DNA of 64,000 nucleotides, from positions 11,912-75,911 of the forward strand of contig CAZQKW010000009.1 in assembly GCA_964594075.1 (NCBI GenBank), written 5' to 3'. This stretch comes from an uncultured Thermodesulfobacteriota bacterium. Its GTDB lineage: Bacteria > Desulfobacterota > WTBG01 > CAIYCZ01. The notes under the pieces are model-generated. The model had not been told where the DNA came from and ran no database searches. It saw only the letters and a list, made by a program, of their open reading frames with translations. Positions 47,582 through 58,031 of this stretch are shown here, in pieces. The translations under genes and the position numbers were made by a program. Position 1 is the first letter of the stretch, and each line of letters starts with the position of its first letter.

Positions 47582-47928
47582 AAACTGAACCATAGCACAA
47601 GTTTCTCAGCATATTCTCAAGGGTTGCTTTTATGTGCGACCAGTCCGGAGCATGATCGCGGAGACAAGGTCGCGCCTATAAATGCTTCAGCAAAATCTCT
47701 GCCTAACAACTTGAATCAATAATCCGTCTGAACCCCAACATTTTACATACTGTTTACATTCACGAAATACAGGCGATACAAAGCCGTGCTACATTAAATC
47801 CTAAATAACGGCAGCCGTTTTTCCCGGAGCAGTAAAGCCGGAGGTCGGGAAATTAACTTTCCAGGCATGCAGGCTGTGTTGCCATGCCATAACAATAAAG
47901 AACTCATGTAATGAAAGGAGAGATGTAT

Positions 47929-49257
47929 ATGACAAAAGACAAAGAATACGTATTAAAAATGGTCAAAGACCAGAATGTCCGGTTTATCCGCCTCTGGTTT
48001 ACTGATGTTCTCGGATTTTTAAAAAGTTTTGCTATAACACCGGATGAGCTTCAAGGGGCGCTTGAGGAAGGCATGGGCTTTGACGGCTCTTCAATTGAAG
48101 GATTTGCCCGCATTGAGGAAAGCGATATGGTCGCACTGCCCGATCCAAACACGTTCTGCCTTTTGCCATGGCGCGGCACTGAAACACCGGTTGCACGCAT
48201 GTTCTGCGACATCATGCAACCTGACGGCACTCCGTATGAGGGCGACCCGCGCTATGTTTTAAAACGCATGATGAAAAAAGCAGCAGAAAAGGGCTACACA
48301 TTTTACACCGGTCCGGAGCTTGAGTTTTTCTTTTTCAAAAACCAGGATGCACCGCCGATTACACTTGACCGTGGCGGATATTTTGACCTGACCCCTCTTG
48401 ATGTTGCCAGCGATCTGAGACGTGAGATAGTCCTCACCTTGGAAGAGATGGGTATTGTCGTAGAATACAGCCATCACGAAGTAGCACCAAGCCAGCACGA
48501 AATTGATCTGCGCTATGCCGATGCACTTACTATGGCTGATAATGCCATGACTTATCGTTTGGTGGTCAAAGAAATTGCCATGCGCCAAGGCGTTTATGCT
48601 ACATTTATGCCCAAACCCTTGTTTGGCCAAAATGGCAGCGGCATGCATACCCACCAATCTCTCTTTAAAAAGGATAAAAATGCCTTTTTTGACGCCACTG
48701 ATGAATACCACCTCTCGGCCGATGGAAAATCCTATATTGCCGGCATTCTCACCCATGCGCGCGAGATTTGCGCGGTACTCAGTCAGTGGATTAACTCCTA
48801 CAAGCGGCTGGTGCCCGGATACGAGGCGCCGGTGTATATTTCCTGGGCGCGGCGCAACCGCTCTGCCCTGGTCCGTGTCCCCATGTATAAACCGGGGAAA
48901 GAAAAAGCAACACGCATTGAACTGCGTTGTCCAGACCCGGCATGCAATCCATACCTTGCGTTCGCGGTGATGCTCGCAGCAGGACTGAAGGGTATCGAAG
49001 AAAAGTATAAACTGCCAGACCCGGTTGAGGAAGATATATTTGAAATGAGCGATGCCGAACGCGAGCGGAGAGGGATCGGATCTCTTCCCGGCAGTCTGAA
49101 TGAAGCAGTTAATGAAACGGAAAAAAGTTCTTTGGTCAAAGAAGCACTGGGAGACCACATCTTTAACAAGTTCATTGAAAACAAGAAAATTGAATGGGAC
49201 AATTACCGCGTTCATGTATCGCAGTTTGAGCTGGAGCGCTATCTGCCCGTTCTATAA
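47929..49257 (+). CDS. glnA: glutamine synthetase type I (start at ATG 47929 after AAAGGAGAG)
   Basis: GS beta-grasp and catalytic domains (FDGSSIEGF, GPELEFFF, NGSGMHTHQSLF). Confidence 0.9.
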   Translation: MTKDKEYVLKMVKDQNVRFIRLWFTDVLGFLKSFAITPDELQGALEEGMGFDGSSIEGFARIEESDMVALPDPNTFCLLPWRGTETPVARMFCDIMQPDGTPYEGDPRYVLKRMMKKAAEKGYTFYTGPELEFFFFKNQDAPPITLDRGGYFDLTPLDVASDLRREIVLTLEEMGIVVEYSHHEVAPSQHEIDLRYADALTMADNAMTYRLVVKEIAMRQGVYATFMPKPLFGQNGSGMHTHQSLFKKDKNAFFDATDEYHLSADGKSYIAGILTHAREICAVLSQWINSYKRLVPGYEAPVYISWARRNRSALVRVPMYKPGKEKATRIELRCPDPACNPYLAFAVMLAAGLKGIEEKYKLPDPVEEDIFEMSDAERERRGIGSLPGSLNEAVNETEKSSLVKEALGDHIFNKFIENKKIEWDNYRVHVSQFELERYLPVL

Positions 49258-49300
49258 TATGCAAAGGTACGTGGCTGGGTAACGACCGAGAAGTTTTGAG

Positions 49301-49975
49301 ATGTTTTTAATTCTTGAGCACGAACCTGCAGAAGGGCCGGGTATATTTCTGCCCCAACTTGTTGAGAGAGGAATATCTTATAGAAGGATAAGTCTTTTTA
49401 GCGGACAGCCGATACCCGAAACAAAGGACCTGAACGGCGTTTTGATTATGGGCGGGCCGATGAATGTTTATGAAGAATCGGCCTATCCATTTCTGGCAAA
49501 AGAAGACCGCTTTATAAAATACTGCATGCGCACCGCCGTTCCCGTGCTTGGCATTTGCCTTGGCGCGCAGCTCATTGCAAAGGCAGCCGGTTCAACAGTA
49601 TACAAAGCCCCGCATAAGGAAATAGGATGGTATGAAGTGCGGCTGACGGAAGAAGGTCGGCGTGATCCTTTGCTGGCAGAATGCCCGTCAACTTTTTCGG
49701 TGTTTCAATTTCATGAAGATACCTTTGATATTCCAACAGGCGCCGTGCATATTATAGAAGCACCAACGTGTCCTCATCAAGGATTCAGGATTGGCACCAC
49801 TGTTTATGGCCTTCAATTTCATGTTGAAGCCACTGCTGAAATGATTGCAGAGTGGATTGCAGATCAGGAAGTAAATGAACGAGAGATACGACAGCAGACA
49901 GCGCATAACATGAATTCCTGTCAACAGATAGGCAAAAATTTTTTTAAAAACTTTTTAGCCCAGTGCAGGCGATAG
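49301..49975 (+). CDS. class I glutamine amidotransferase-like protein
   Basis: Catalytic Cys in GICLGAQL, His/Glu in C-terminal part. Confidence 0.6.
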   Translation: MFLILEHEPAEGPGIFLPQLVERGISYRRISLFSGQPIPETKDLNGVLIMGGPMNVYEESAYPFLAKEDRFIKYCMRTAVPVLGICLGAQLIAKAAGSTVYKAPHKEIGWYEVRLTEEGRRDPLLAECPSTFSVFQFHEDTFDIPTGAVHIIEAPTCPHQGFRIGTTVYGLQFHVEATAEMIAEWIADQEVNEREIRQQTAHNMNSCQQIGKNFFKNFLAQCRR

Positions 49976-50012
49976 CGTGCACTGGGCAGTGTTAAAAACA
50001 GGAGGTAATGAT

Positions 50013-50387
50013 ATGGCAATTAACTGGGGGCCTCACTTCATTGTTCCCTCGAAAAAATTGACGCACCTTTCCGGCAAGGTTGTGCTTCGGGAAAGTTTTG
50101 ATGAAGAACTATTAAATAAAGAACTCGCGTCTTGCGGTGTTACCGGAAGTCCGGTTCGGGCAACCAATCCGTGGTACTACCGCAAAAAAAATGCGGAGAC
50201 CTGGATAAAAATAGGCGAATCTTCAGATCGGGGAAATTGGTTTTCTGTTTCCTGGGACACTACAGAGTTGGAAAATGGCGCCTACCAGATACTGGGAGTG
50301 ATGCATGTTTTCATTAGAGACGGAGATCGGGAACAGGTAGTATGCAGAGAAAATATAGTGGATGTGATGGTCGAGAATCCGGCTTAG
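50013..50387 (+). CDS. hypothetical protein
   Basis: AGGAGG RBS before ATG 50013; no recognisable motif. Confidence 0.35.
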   Translation: MAINWGPHFIVPSKKLTHLSGKVVLRESFDEELLNKELASCGVTGSPVRATNPWYYRKKNAETWIKIGESSDRGNWFSVSWDTTELENGAYQILGVMHVFIRDGDREQVVCRENIVDVMVENPA

Positions 50388-50576
50388 CACATTCAGGTAA
50401 TGTCGCTCGCTCACATGATAAAATGAATTTATAAACGGGTAAGCAGGGTCTGGTCATGGATTTAACATTTTTAAGGGGTTTGCATTTGTAATTTTCTGTT
50501 TGTTTTGGTATTTATAAATATTTTCTGTCAAAAAGTGGCAAGTGGGCTAAAAGTATTTTATATATTAATCAGATTT

Positions 50577-50990
50577 ATGGAACGCGAATTCACTCCCAGC
50601 ATCCTCATATTCTGTTGTCAGAATGCAGTTGTTTCTCCCAAAAAACTGATTGAAGAATTTGATCACCCTGAGACCATAACGGTAATCGAACTTCCTTGTT
50701 CGGGTAAGATGGAGACCATCTATGCATTGCAGGCTTTTGAAAAGGGCATTGATGGCGTTTGCGTAACCGGCTGCAGGGAAGGACAATGTCATTACCTTGA
50801 GGGCAACCTGAGAGCGGCAAAACGAGTCCATCAAATTGCAGTGGTGCTGGATGAGTTACATCTGGGCGCTGATCGGGTGCAGATGCTGAATGTAGATTCT
50901 GCTGATGATTCGGCATTTAAGCAGTCTGCGGGGGCTTTTATTCAGCGGCTTAAAACCATCGGACCAAATCCCTTGAAAAAGGGGGACTAG
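50577..50990 (+). CDS. MvhD/FlpD-like hydrogenase-delta-subunit-type iron-sulfur protein
   Basis: ILIFCCQNAVV N-terminal Cys pair and CVTGCREGQCHY cluster typical of the FlpD/MvhD family. Confidence 0.5.
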   Translation: MEREFTPSILIFCCQNAVVSPKKLIEEFDHPETITVIELPCSGKMETIYALQAFEKGIDGVCVTGCREGQCHYLEGNLRAAKRVHQIAVVLDELHLGADRVQMLNVDSADDSAFKQSAGAFIQRLKTIGPNPLKKGD

Positions 50991-51087
50991 TTAGCCACCC
51001 CAGCGTCTTTTATTCCTGTCGTGCCGGCAGGCTGTGTTACGGTTAGTTCTTCCATTTACTTGTTCAAGCAGTAAAGGTCACATAACT

Positions 51088-52479
51088 ATGCCCAAAAAGT
51101 ATCATATTGATTTCAAGCAGGCTGCGCCCCGCTATACGCCGCTGGGCAAATCGGGGATTATTGATTTTCGGGAGGGATGCACCCGCTGCCGTCCCTGCGC
51201 AAAAAAGGCCTGTGTATACAATGTGTATGATAAGCGCAATTTTGACAATGTATTGATGCTGGATTCCATAGATTACCTCTGTAAAAACTGTTTTCGGTGT
51301 GTTCAGCAGTGCAAAAAAGGCCTTTTAACCAAGTCCACCAATCCGGAATATGAAAAAATGGGCGATGCCTATTGGACGCCGGAAATTATCGCTACTAACT
51401 GGGCGCAGGCTGAAACAGGGAAGATTCCTGTTTCAGGGGCCGGTTACGGCGGGCCGTTTGCTGGGCCCGGATTTGACAGCATGTGGACAGATATGTCAGA
51501 AATTGTGCGCCCCACCAGAGACGGGATTCACGGCAGGGAATATATAAGCACCGCGGTTGATATAGGGAAAAAACTGCCACAGCTCTATTTTAATGACGCA
51601 GGAGTCCTTGCATCCCCGTTTCCCCCGCTAATCGAATTGCCCATACCCATGATAATGAGTTTTCCCTCATTCGGGCATATAAGCAAAAACGTGAAGAGTG
51701 CACTGGCGCTGGCGGCATCAAAGGTCGGAACCATGCTGCTGATATCGGCAGAAGATTATGAAGACTATTTAATAAATTATAAACAGTGTCTCATACCCCA
51801 GTTCTCTGAGGAACACTATGCGATGCTACAAGACAAGATTGCTGGACATCGCGCAATTGAAATAGTGTATTCAAAAGGCAGCAGCGAGCTGTTTAAAGAA
51901 ATTAAACAGAAATTCCCTGATGTTATTGTTTTTTTCAAAGTACCGCTGGACGGGAGAGAACTGGAAATCAGTGAAGAGCTTGTTTCTCAGGGTGCCGAAG
52001 TTATCCACCTGTATGCCGATGACAACGGGAATGAAATTGGCAAAACAAATCCGCGGTTTATCAAAGACATGATTCGGCGCGTACACCTGCGACTGGTAGA
52101 ACTATGTCTGCGCGATCACATCACACTAATCGCAGGCGGTGGCATTGCCATGGCGGAGCATGTAGCCAAAAGTATTATATGCGGGGCAGATGCAGTGGTA
52201 ATGGATATTGCACTGCTCATTGCGCTGGAATGCCGGCTCTGCAAACGATGTATAAAAAATCGGCCATGCCCCGTTACTATTGACAGTATAGAACCCGCCT
52301 GGGGATCGCAGCGCGTAATGAATCTGCTCTCAGCTTGGCGCAACCAGCTTCTGGAAGTGCTTGGCGCCATGGGCCTTAGAGAAGTGAGGCGACTGCGGGG
52401 TGAGGTGGGACGTTCTATGTTTTTTGAGGAATTGGAAGCAGATGTTTTCGGGAGGCTTTTTGGAAAGAGATTAACATGA
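51088..52479 (+). CDS. glutamate synthase domain-2 (FMN)-like protein with N-terminal 2x[4Fe-4S] ferredoxin motifs; divergent paralog of the next gene
   Basis: CTRCRPCAKKAC and CKNCFRCVQQCKKG Cys clusters; IAGGGIAMAEHVAKSIICGADAVVMDIALLIALECRLCKRC parallels the next gene's IASGGIRTAHDVAKAIALGADGVVIGTADMVALECVRCHNC. Confidence 0.5.
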   Translation: MPKKYHIDFKQAAPRYTPLGKSGIIDFREGCTRCRPCAKKACVYNVYDKRNFDNVLMLDSIDYLCKNCFRCVQQCKKGLLTKSTNPEYEKMGDAYWTPEIIATNWAQAETGKIPVSGAGYGGPFAGPGFDSMWTDMSEIVRPTRDGIHGREYISTAVDIGKKLPQLYFNDAGVLASPFPPLIELPIPMIMSFPSFGHISKNVKSALALAASKVGTMLLISAEDYEDYLINYKQCLIPQFSEEHYAMLQDKIAGHRAIEIVYSKGSSELFKEIKQKFPDVIVFFKVPLDGRELEISEELVSQGAEVIHLYADDNGNEIGKTNPRFIKDMIRRVHLRLVELCLRDHITLIAGGGIAMAEHVAKSIICGADAVVMDIALLIALECRLCKRCIKNRPCPVTIDSIEPAWGSQRVMNLLSAWRNQLLEVLGAMGLREVRRLRGEVGRSMFFEELEADVFGRLFGKRLT

Positions 52480-54029
52480 CAGCACAGAGTAAGATTGCAG
52501 AACCGGCAGACCGCCGCCAAACGTTTCCGCCAATTAAACGCGCTCCGTCGCGATTCAGAAACCCCATCGGAAAATATAAAATCAGAAGGGGGGCGCAGTG
52601 CATTGCCTGCGGGAAATGCGCCACACTGTGTCCGGAGGGTGTTCACGTAAAGGCGGGAGACGCAATGGGTAAACCGCATGACTTTTACTGCCTGGGGTTT
52701 TCCTGCAAAAACAATTCATTTTATTGTATTGATAATTGCCCGGTACATGCGTTGCGGCTGGTCGAGAACCCGTTGTGCCAGACGTTAGGCGATTTGCGCT
52801 GGACCAGCGATCTGCTGATTAGCACCTGGTACATGGCCGAAACCGGCGAAGTTCCCCGGGCAGACATTGAGTATTGCCTCGGCAACAGTAACGGGGGGTT
52901 TGACAAGCTGAGATTTAAAGCTGCCGCCACAATGCCGGGAGCCGAAGTTTCTGATGATGAAATTTCTACCGCAATTGATCTTAACCGCAGCAATGACGGA
53001 CGCCCCTTGGTGACCATTCAGGTTCCTTTTTATGGCGGCGGCATGTCGTTTGGCTCGGTAAGCTTAGCCACCATGGTGTCGCGGGCGAAAGCTGCTGCGG
53101 CGTGGGGGTCCTTTGGTTGTACGGGAGAAGGCGGCTATCCTGAGCACCTCATACCATATGACAACCATATGATCACCCAAGTCGCGACTGGTTTGTTTGG
53201 TGTCCGCGAGCAGACAATTCAGCGCGTGCGCATTGTAGAATTTAAATACGCGCAAGGCGCTAAACCCGGTCTTGGCGGTCATTTGCTGGGCGACAAGGTA
53301 ACGCCGGGCGTGGCCAAAATGAGAGAAGCGGTGGTCGGCAACGCCCTGTTTTCTCCCTTCCCCTTTCATAGCGTGTATTCGGTGGAAGACCACAAAAAAC
53401 ATGTTGACTGGATAAAACATGTAAATCCACAGGCGCTGGTATCCGTTAAAGTATCCACGCCCACCGATGTGGATATGGTTGCGGTGGGCATATATTATGC
53501 GGGAGCGCATATCATTCACCTTGACGGCAGTTACGGCGGAACTGGCGCAGCACCTGATATTGCGAAAAAAAATATCGCTATGCCCATTGAATATGCCATA
53601 CCCAAGGTGCATCAGTTTCTTTTGGAAGAGGGTATTCGGGATCGTATTACCCTCATTGCCAGCGGCGGTATCCGCACCGCCCATGATGTGGCCAAGGCAA
53701 TTGCACTGGGCGCAGACGGCGTAGTTATTGGTACTGCTGATATGGTGGCGCTTGAATGCGTGCGCTGCCACAACTGCGAAAGCGGGCGGGGATGCGCCCG
53801 AGGCATTGCCAGCACGGATCCCCGTCTGTCGGAAATGATAACAGTTGAATGGGGTGCCCAGCGGATAATAAACCTCTATACAGCATGGCGCACGCAATTG
53901 GTGCAGATACTCAAGCAATTCGGCATGCGCAGTATAAAAGAACTGGTTGGACGAACTGACTGCTTGTATCATGTTGATTATGTGGAGGGAAAGGATTCCG
54001 TGCACAGAGCAGCAGGAGGAGGAAACTGA
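52476..54029 (+). CDS. archaeal-type glutamate synthase FMN-binding subunit (GltB domain 2-like) with N-terminal ferredoxin motifs
   Basis: 4Fe-4S motifs (CIACGKCATLCPEG), Glu_synthase FMN domain segments (GGGMSFGS, KPGLGGHL, IASGGIRTAHDV); ATGA overlap with upstream paralog. Confidence 0.65.
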   Translation: MTAQSKIAEPADRRQTFPPIKRAPSRFRNPIGKYKIRRGAQCIACGKCATLCPEGVHVKAGDAMGKPHDFYCLGFSCKNNSFYCIDNCPVHALRLVENPLCQTLGDLRWTSDLLISTWYMAETGEVPRADIEYCLGNSNGGFDKLRFKAAATMPGAEVSDDEISTAIDLNRSNDGRPLVTIQVPFYGGGMSFGSVSLATMVSRAKAAAAWGSFGCTGEGGYPEHLIPYDNHMITQVATGLFGVREQTIQRVRIVEFKYAQGAKPGLGGHLLGDKVTPGVAKMREAVVGNALFSPFPFHSVYSVEDHKKHVDWIKHVNPQALVSVKVSTPTDVDMVAVGIYYAGAHIIHLDGSYGGTGAAPDIAKKNIAMPIEYAIPKVHQFLLEEGIRDRITLIASGGIRTAHDVAKAIALGADGVVIGTADMVALECVRCHNCESGRGCARGIASTDPRLSEMITVEWGAQRIINLYTAWRTQLVQILKQFGMRSIKELVGRTDCLYHVDYVEGKDSVHRAAGGGN

Positions 54030-54174
54030 CGCTAAAAATCCTTAACGTTACCTGCGACCCTCTGTGCCACTTTACAAATTTAACCCATCCCGGCATGGGG
54101 GGTGAGGATTTGGGTTTCAGGGTTTAGTATCCCAAAGCTATTTAAGCATCGAGGCTATTTAATTTATTCATACC

Positions 54175-56805
54175 ATGAAAGATATAGCTGTTATTCAAAA
54201 AATTATTGCGTCGCGCAGAACATTGATACCTGCCCAAGCAAGCCGCCACTATCAGAAGGTGGAGGAAGAAGGGGGGTGCGGTGTTACCGGATTCGCCTCA
54301 TCAATTCCGGTAGGCGGCAAACACATCTTTGAGCCCTCAGTGCAGATGCACAACCGCGGCAATGGCAAAGGGGGAGGAATTGCGGCGGCCGGCTTGTGCG
54401 CCGACGACCTGGGTGTCACGCAGGAAATCCTTGATAATGATTATCTGTTACAGGTAGCTTTTCTTGACCCGCATGCTCGCGAGCAGGTTGAACAGGAATG
54501 CATCCGGCCATTTTTAGACATTGATAATGCGGAACGGATTCCCACCATAGATGATTTCCGCGAGATAGCGGGCCTTGAGACGCGTCCTCCGGATGTATGG
54601 CGCTACTTTGTGCGGGCGAAGGAAAAGGTCCTTGCTGATTTCAGAGAAAAACATGGTTTGGAAAAGCTGGATTATAGAAAAGCGGAGGATGAGTTTATCT
54701 ACCAGAATTCCTATCGCTTGAACCAGAAATTTTACACCTCGTTAGGCGAAAAACGGGCGTTTGTTCTTTCCCACGCGCGCGACATGATGGTGCTGAAAAT
54801 TGTTGGCTATGCCGAACAGGTGGCACAGTATTATAAACTTGAAAATTTCAAGGCGCATATCTGGATTGCCCATCAGCGCTACCCGACCAAAGGTAAGGTC
54901 TGGCACCCGGGCGGCGCGCATCCATTTATTGGGATGCATGAAGCATTGGTGCATAACGGTGATTTTGCCAACTATTACTCGGTGACGGAGTATCTTCGGC
55001 AGCGAAATATTTATCCGCAATTTCTCACAGATACCGAAGTCTCAGTGCTGTTATTTGATTTGTGGAACAGAGTGTATGGATATCCGCTTGAATATATCAT
55101 TGAGGCGTTGGCGCCCTCGGGCGAAATGGATTTTGATTGTCTGCCGCCAGAAAAACAAAAAATTTACCGGGCCATTCAGGCAGCACATATTCATGGCTCA
55201 CCTGACGGCCCGTGGTTTTTTATAATTGCTCGGCATGATCCCTACACCAATCGCTATCAACTGCTGGGAATTACCGATACCTCTATGCTTAGGCCGCAGG
55301 TATTTGCCCTGCAGGAAAGCGAGGCCGTGCAGATCGGTCTCATCTGTTCTGAAAAACAGGCCATTGATGCGACGCTGCATAGTCTCTCGGAAGAAGATAA
55401 ACGGTTCGGCCCCATCGCAGACAAATACTGGAATGCGCGCGGGGGAAGCCATACAGATGGCGGCGCCTTTTTGTTTGAATTTACCAAGAACGGCTCGTCC
55501 ACTGCGGCCGCAGGTTTTACCTGTCGAGACAAATTTGGCAGGATAATATCTACGGCACAGAACCAGCAGCATCGTGATCGCAGCATCGAAGTCTTTTCAG
55601 CCCCTGCCCCTGCCTCTGGCGCGGCAGACGTGCTATCTGCATTTGAAGAAAAAACCGCGGTGGAGATGTTTGAAGTAATAAGAAATAAGATTCAGCAGTG
55701 GGATTTTACCACCTGTGGCTGGTGTTTTGATCAGGTGAGCGCGTTTGGCAGCCGTGATGGGGCGGCCTACGAGAAAGCTCTCGGAGTTCTTACGCGCCTG
55801 ATTGATTACCGTTATGCAACCGGCAGCAAAAAACGCAGCTCGCTACTTGAACTGCTCAATCGCAGCCTGTATAAATTGTTTGCCAGTGTGCCCCAGATCA
55901 TAGACCCGGCCACCGTCCCTTGTAAGCGGATTGACTGGCAGTTGCGCCAGCACCTGCGGCCGCCGGCGGCTTCGGAAACGACGCTCATTGTTTATGCGCG
56001 AGACTTTCCGCCCGAAGGCGAAGACTGTGATGCGCGCCTGTTATGTGATGCTTATAAACTGGGATGGAAACGTTTTATTGTCTATGGATGCCGTGGCCAG
56101 CGTTTTTATGGATGCGGATTTGGGCCGGATACGAGCGGGGTGCGTATTGATGTGTACGACAGCTCGGGCGATTATCTGGGATCCGGCGTTGACGGTATGG
56201 AAATATATGTGCACGGCAATGCTCAGGATCAGCTCGGGCAGATAATGAAGGCCGGTAAGCTGGTGATTTACGGCGATGTGGGACAAACCTTTCTTTACGG
56301 GGCCAAAGGGGGCGAGGTGTTTGTCATGGGTAATGCGGCAGGACGCCCGCTTATTAATGCAGTTGGCTGTCCCCGGGTCGTTATTAATGGCACCTGCCTT
56401 GATTACCTTGCTGAATCATTTATGGCGGGAGACCCGCTCAAAGGGGGTGGCTTTGTTGTGCTTAACGGACTGGAATATGATGAAAACGGTGTCGTCAGAG
56501 AACAGGCCGTCCCCTATCCCGGATCAAACCTCTTCTCGTTGGCTTCTGGTGGAGCCATTTATGTTCGCGATCCCCATAAACTGGTTGTTGAGGAGCAGCT
56601 GAACGGCGGCTCATTGGTTCCCCTTGCGCAGGAGGACTGGCACCTGATCCTGCCCTATTTGCAGGAAAATGAAAGATTGTTTGGTATATCAATTGAAAAG
56701 GATCTCCTGACGGTCAACGGCTCAGTAAAGACCCCGTACGAAGTGTACCGAAAAGTTGCGGCAGTAAGGCTTGCCGTGCTGACCGACGTTGATGATGATG
56801 CATGA
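54175..56805 (+). CDS. glutamate synthase amidotransferase (class II GATase) + GXGXG domain fusion (GltB domains 1 and 3-like)
   Basis: Cys nucleophile in GGCGVTGF after a ~33-aa putative propeptide; C-terminal GXGXG repeats (GDVGQTFLYGAKGGEVFVMGNAAGRPL). Confidence 0.65.
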   Translation: MKDIAVIQKIIASRRTLIPAQASRHYQKVEEEGGCGVTGFASSIPVGGKHIFEPSVQMHNRGNGKGGGIAAAGLCADDLGVTQEILDNDYLLQVAFLDPHAREQVEQECIRPFLDIDNAERIPTIDDFREIAGLETRPPDVWRYFVRAKEKVLADFREKHGLEKLDYRKAEDEFIYQNSYRLNQKFYTSLGEKRAFVLSHARDMMVLKIVGYAEQVAQYYKLENFKAHIWIAHQRYPTKGKVWHPGGAHPFIGMHEALVHNGDFANYYSVTEYLRQRNIYPQFLTDTEVSVLLFDLWNRVYGYPLEYIIEALAPSGEMDFDCLPPEKQKIYRAIQAAHIHGSPDGPWFFIIARHDPYTNRYQLLGITDTSMLRPQVFALQESEAVQIGLICSEKQAIDATLHSLSEEDKRFGPIADKYWNARGGSHTDGGAFLFEFTKNGSSTAAAGFTCRDKFGRIISTAQNQQHRDRSIEVFSAPAPASGAADVLSAFEEKTAVEMFEVIRNKIQQWDFTTCGWCFDQVSAFGSRDGAAYEKALGVLTRLIDYRYATGSKKRSSLLELLNRSLYKLFASVPQIIDPATVPCKRIDWQLRQHLRPPAASETTLIVYARDFPPEGEDCDARLLCDAYKLGWKRFIVYGCRGQRFYGCGFGPDTSGVRIDVYDSSGDYLGSGVDGMEIYVHGNAQDQLGQIMKAGKLVIYGDVGQTFLYGAKGGEVFVMGNAAGRPLINAVGCPRVVINGTCLDYLAESFMAGDPLKGGGFVVLNGLEYDENGVVREQAVPYPGSNLFSLASGGAIYVRDPHKLVVEEQLNGGSLVPLAQEDWHLILPYLQENERLFGISIEKDLLTVNGSVKTPYEVYRKVAAVRLAVLTDVDDDA

Positions 56806-56887
56806 CCGGGAGGTTCACGCGTACCGTGCGCAATAAACAGTTTTCATACGGTAATTTTTGGAGCGCAAGGCAGCGCGAGGGTTGTTT

Positions 56888-58009
56888 ATGAAAGCCATTT
56901 TAGCATTAGAAGACGGGAGCGTTTTTACCGGCACATCCTTTGGCGCAACCGGCGAGCGGTATGGGGAGGTGGTATTTAATACCAGCATGACCGGTTACCA
57001 GGAAATCCTAACCGATCCATCGTATAAAGGGCAGATCGTAGTCATGACGTATCCCCTGATTGGCAATTACGGCGTCAACGATGAAGATGTGGAGTCGGCA
57101 CTGCCCCAGGTAGAGGGATTTGTGGTACGGGAAGTAAGCCGCATGAGCAGCAATTGGCGATCGCAGCAGACGCTTGCGCAGTACCTCAAAGAACATAATG
57201 TGGTCGGCATTGAAGGCGTTGATACCCGCAAGCTTACCAAACACATCCGCACAGTGGGCGCGATGAAAGCAGTGCTGTCCAGCGAGGATCTGGATGAGCG
57301 GCGGCTGGTAAAAAAAGCCAAGGACTCACCGGGCTTGGTCGGGATTGATCTGGTCAAAGAAGTCACCTGCCGGCAGCCGTATTCATGGAACACGCTGCGT
57401 GGACAAACTGGCATCACCGCCTGCGATAACGCGTCGCCGGCAGGCCGGTTTTCTTATAAGGTGGTCGCCATAGACTGCGGTATAAAATATAACATTCTGC
57501 GGCTCTTGCAGACTGCGGGATGCGATGTAACCGTGGTGCCTGCCCATACCAGCGCGCAAGAGATTACCGCCATGAATCCCCACGGAGTTTTTTTGTCCAA
57601 CGGGCCGGGCGATCCCGCCGGTGTGCCCTATGTGGTTGAAACGGTGCAAAAGCTTATGGGTTCGTATCCCATTTTTGGCATTTGTCTGGGGCACCAGATG
57701 CTGGGCCTTGCCTACGGTGGCAAAACCTATAAATTGAAGTTCGGCCATCGCGGCGGGAACCAGCCGGTCAAGCACCTTGCAACAGGCAAAGTTGATATTA
57801 CCTGTCAGAATCATGGTTTTTGTGTTGACGTAACATCCCTTAACCAGGACGAAGTGGCACTGACGCATATCAATTTAAATGATCAAACCATAGAGGGGAT
57901 GCGGCATAAAAAATATCCGGTATTTTCCATACAGTATCATCCCGAATCATCCCCCGGTCCCCACGATGCCCGCTATCTGTTCAACGAATTTATAAAACTG
58001 ATGCAATAG
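56888..58009 (+). CDS. carA: carbamoyl-phosphate synthase small subunit
   Basis: CPSase small-chain N-domain + GATase1 (GICLGHQ catalytic Cys). Confidence 0.9.
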   Translation: MKAILALEDGSVFTGTSFGATGERYGEVVFNTSMTGYQEILTDPSYKGQIVVMTYPLIGNYGVNDEDVESALPQVEGFVVREVSRMSSNWRSQQTLAQYLKEHNVVGIEGVDTRKLTKHIRTVGAMKAVLSSEDLDERRLVKKAKDSPGLVGIDLVKEVTCRQPYSWNTLRGQTGITACDNASPAGRFSYKVVAIDCGIKYNILRLLQTAGCDVTVVPAHTSAQEITAMNPHGVFLSNGPGDPAGVPYVVETVQKLMGSYPIFGICLGHQMLGLAYGGKTYKLKFGHRGGNQPVKHLATGKVDITCQNHGFCVDVTSLNQDEVALTHINLNDQTIEGMRHKKYPVFSIQYHPESSPGPHDARYLFNEFIKLMQ

Positions 58010-58031
58010 TTTCCCTGCGCGTACTAATCAC

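Noticed and set aside
47582-47928. Sigma54/NtrC-type promoter upstream of glnA
   Set aside because: Looked for TGGCAC-N5-TTGC; the nearest candidate (GGCATGcaggcTGTGTTGC) has wrong spacing, so no call made
48259-49215. 318-aa minus-strand ORF
   Set aside because: Antisense to glnA, a confidently identified gene; shadow ORF
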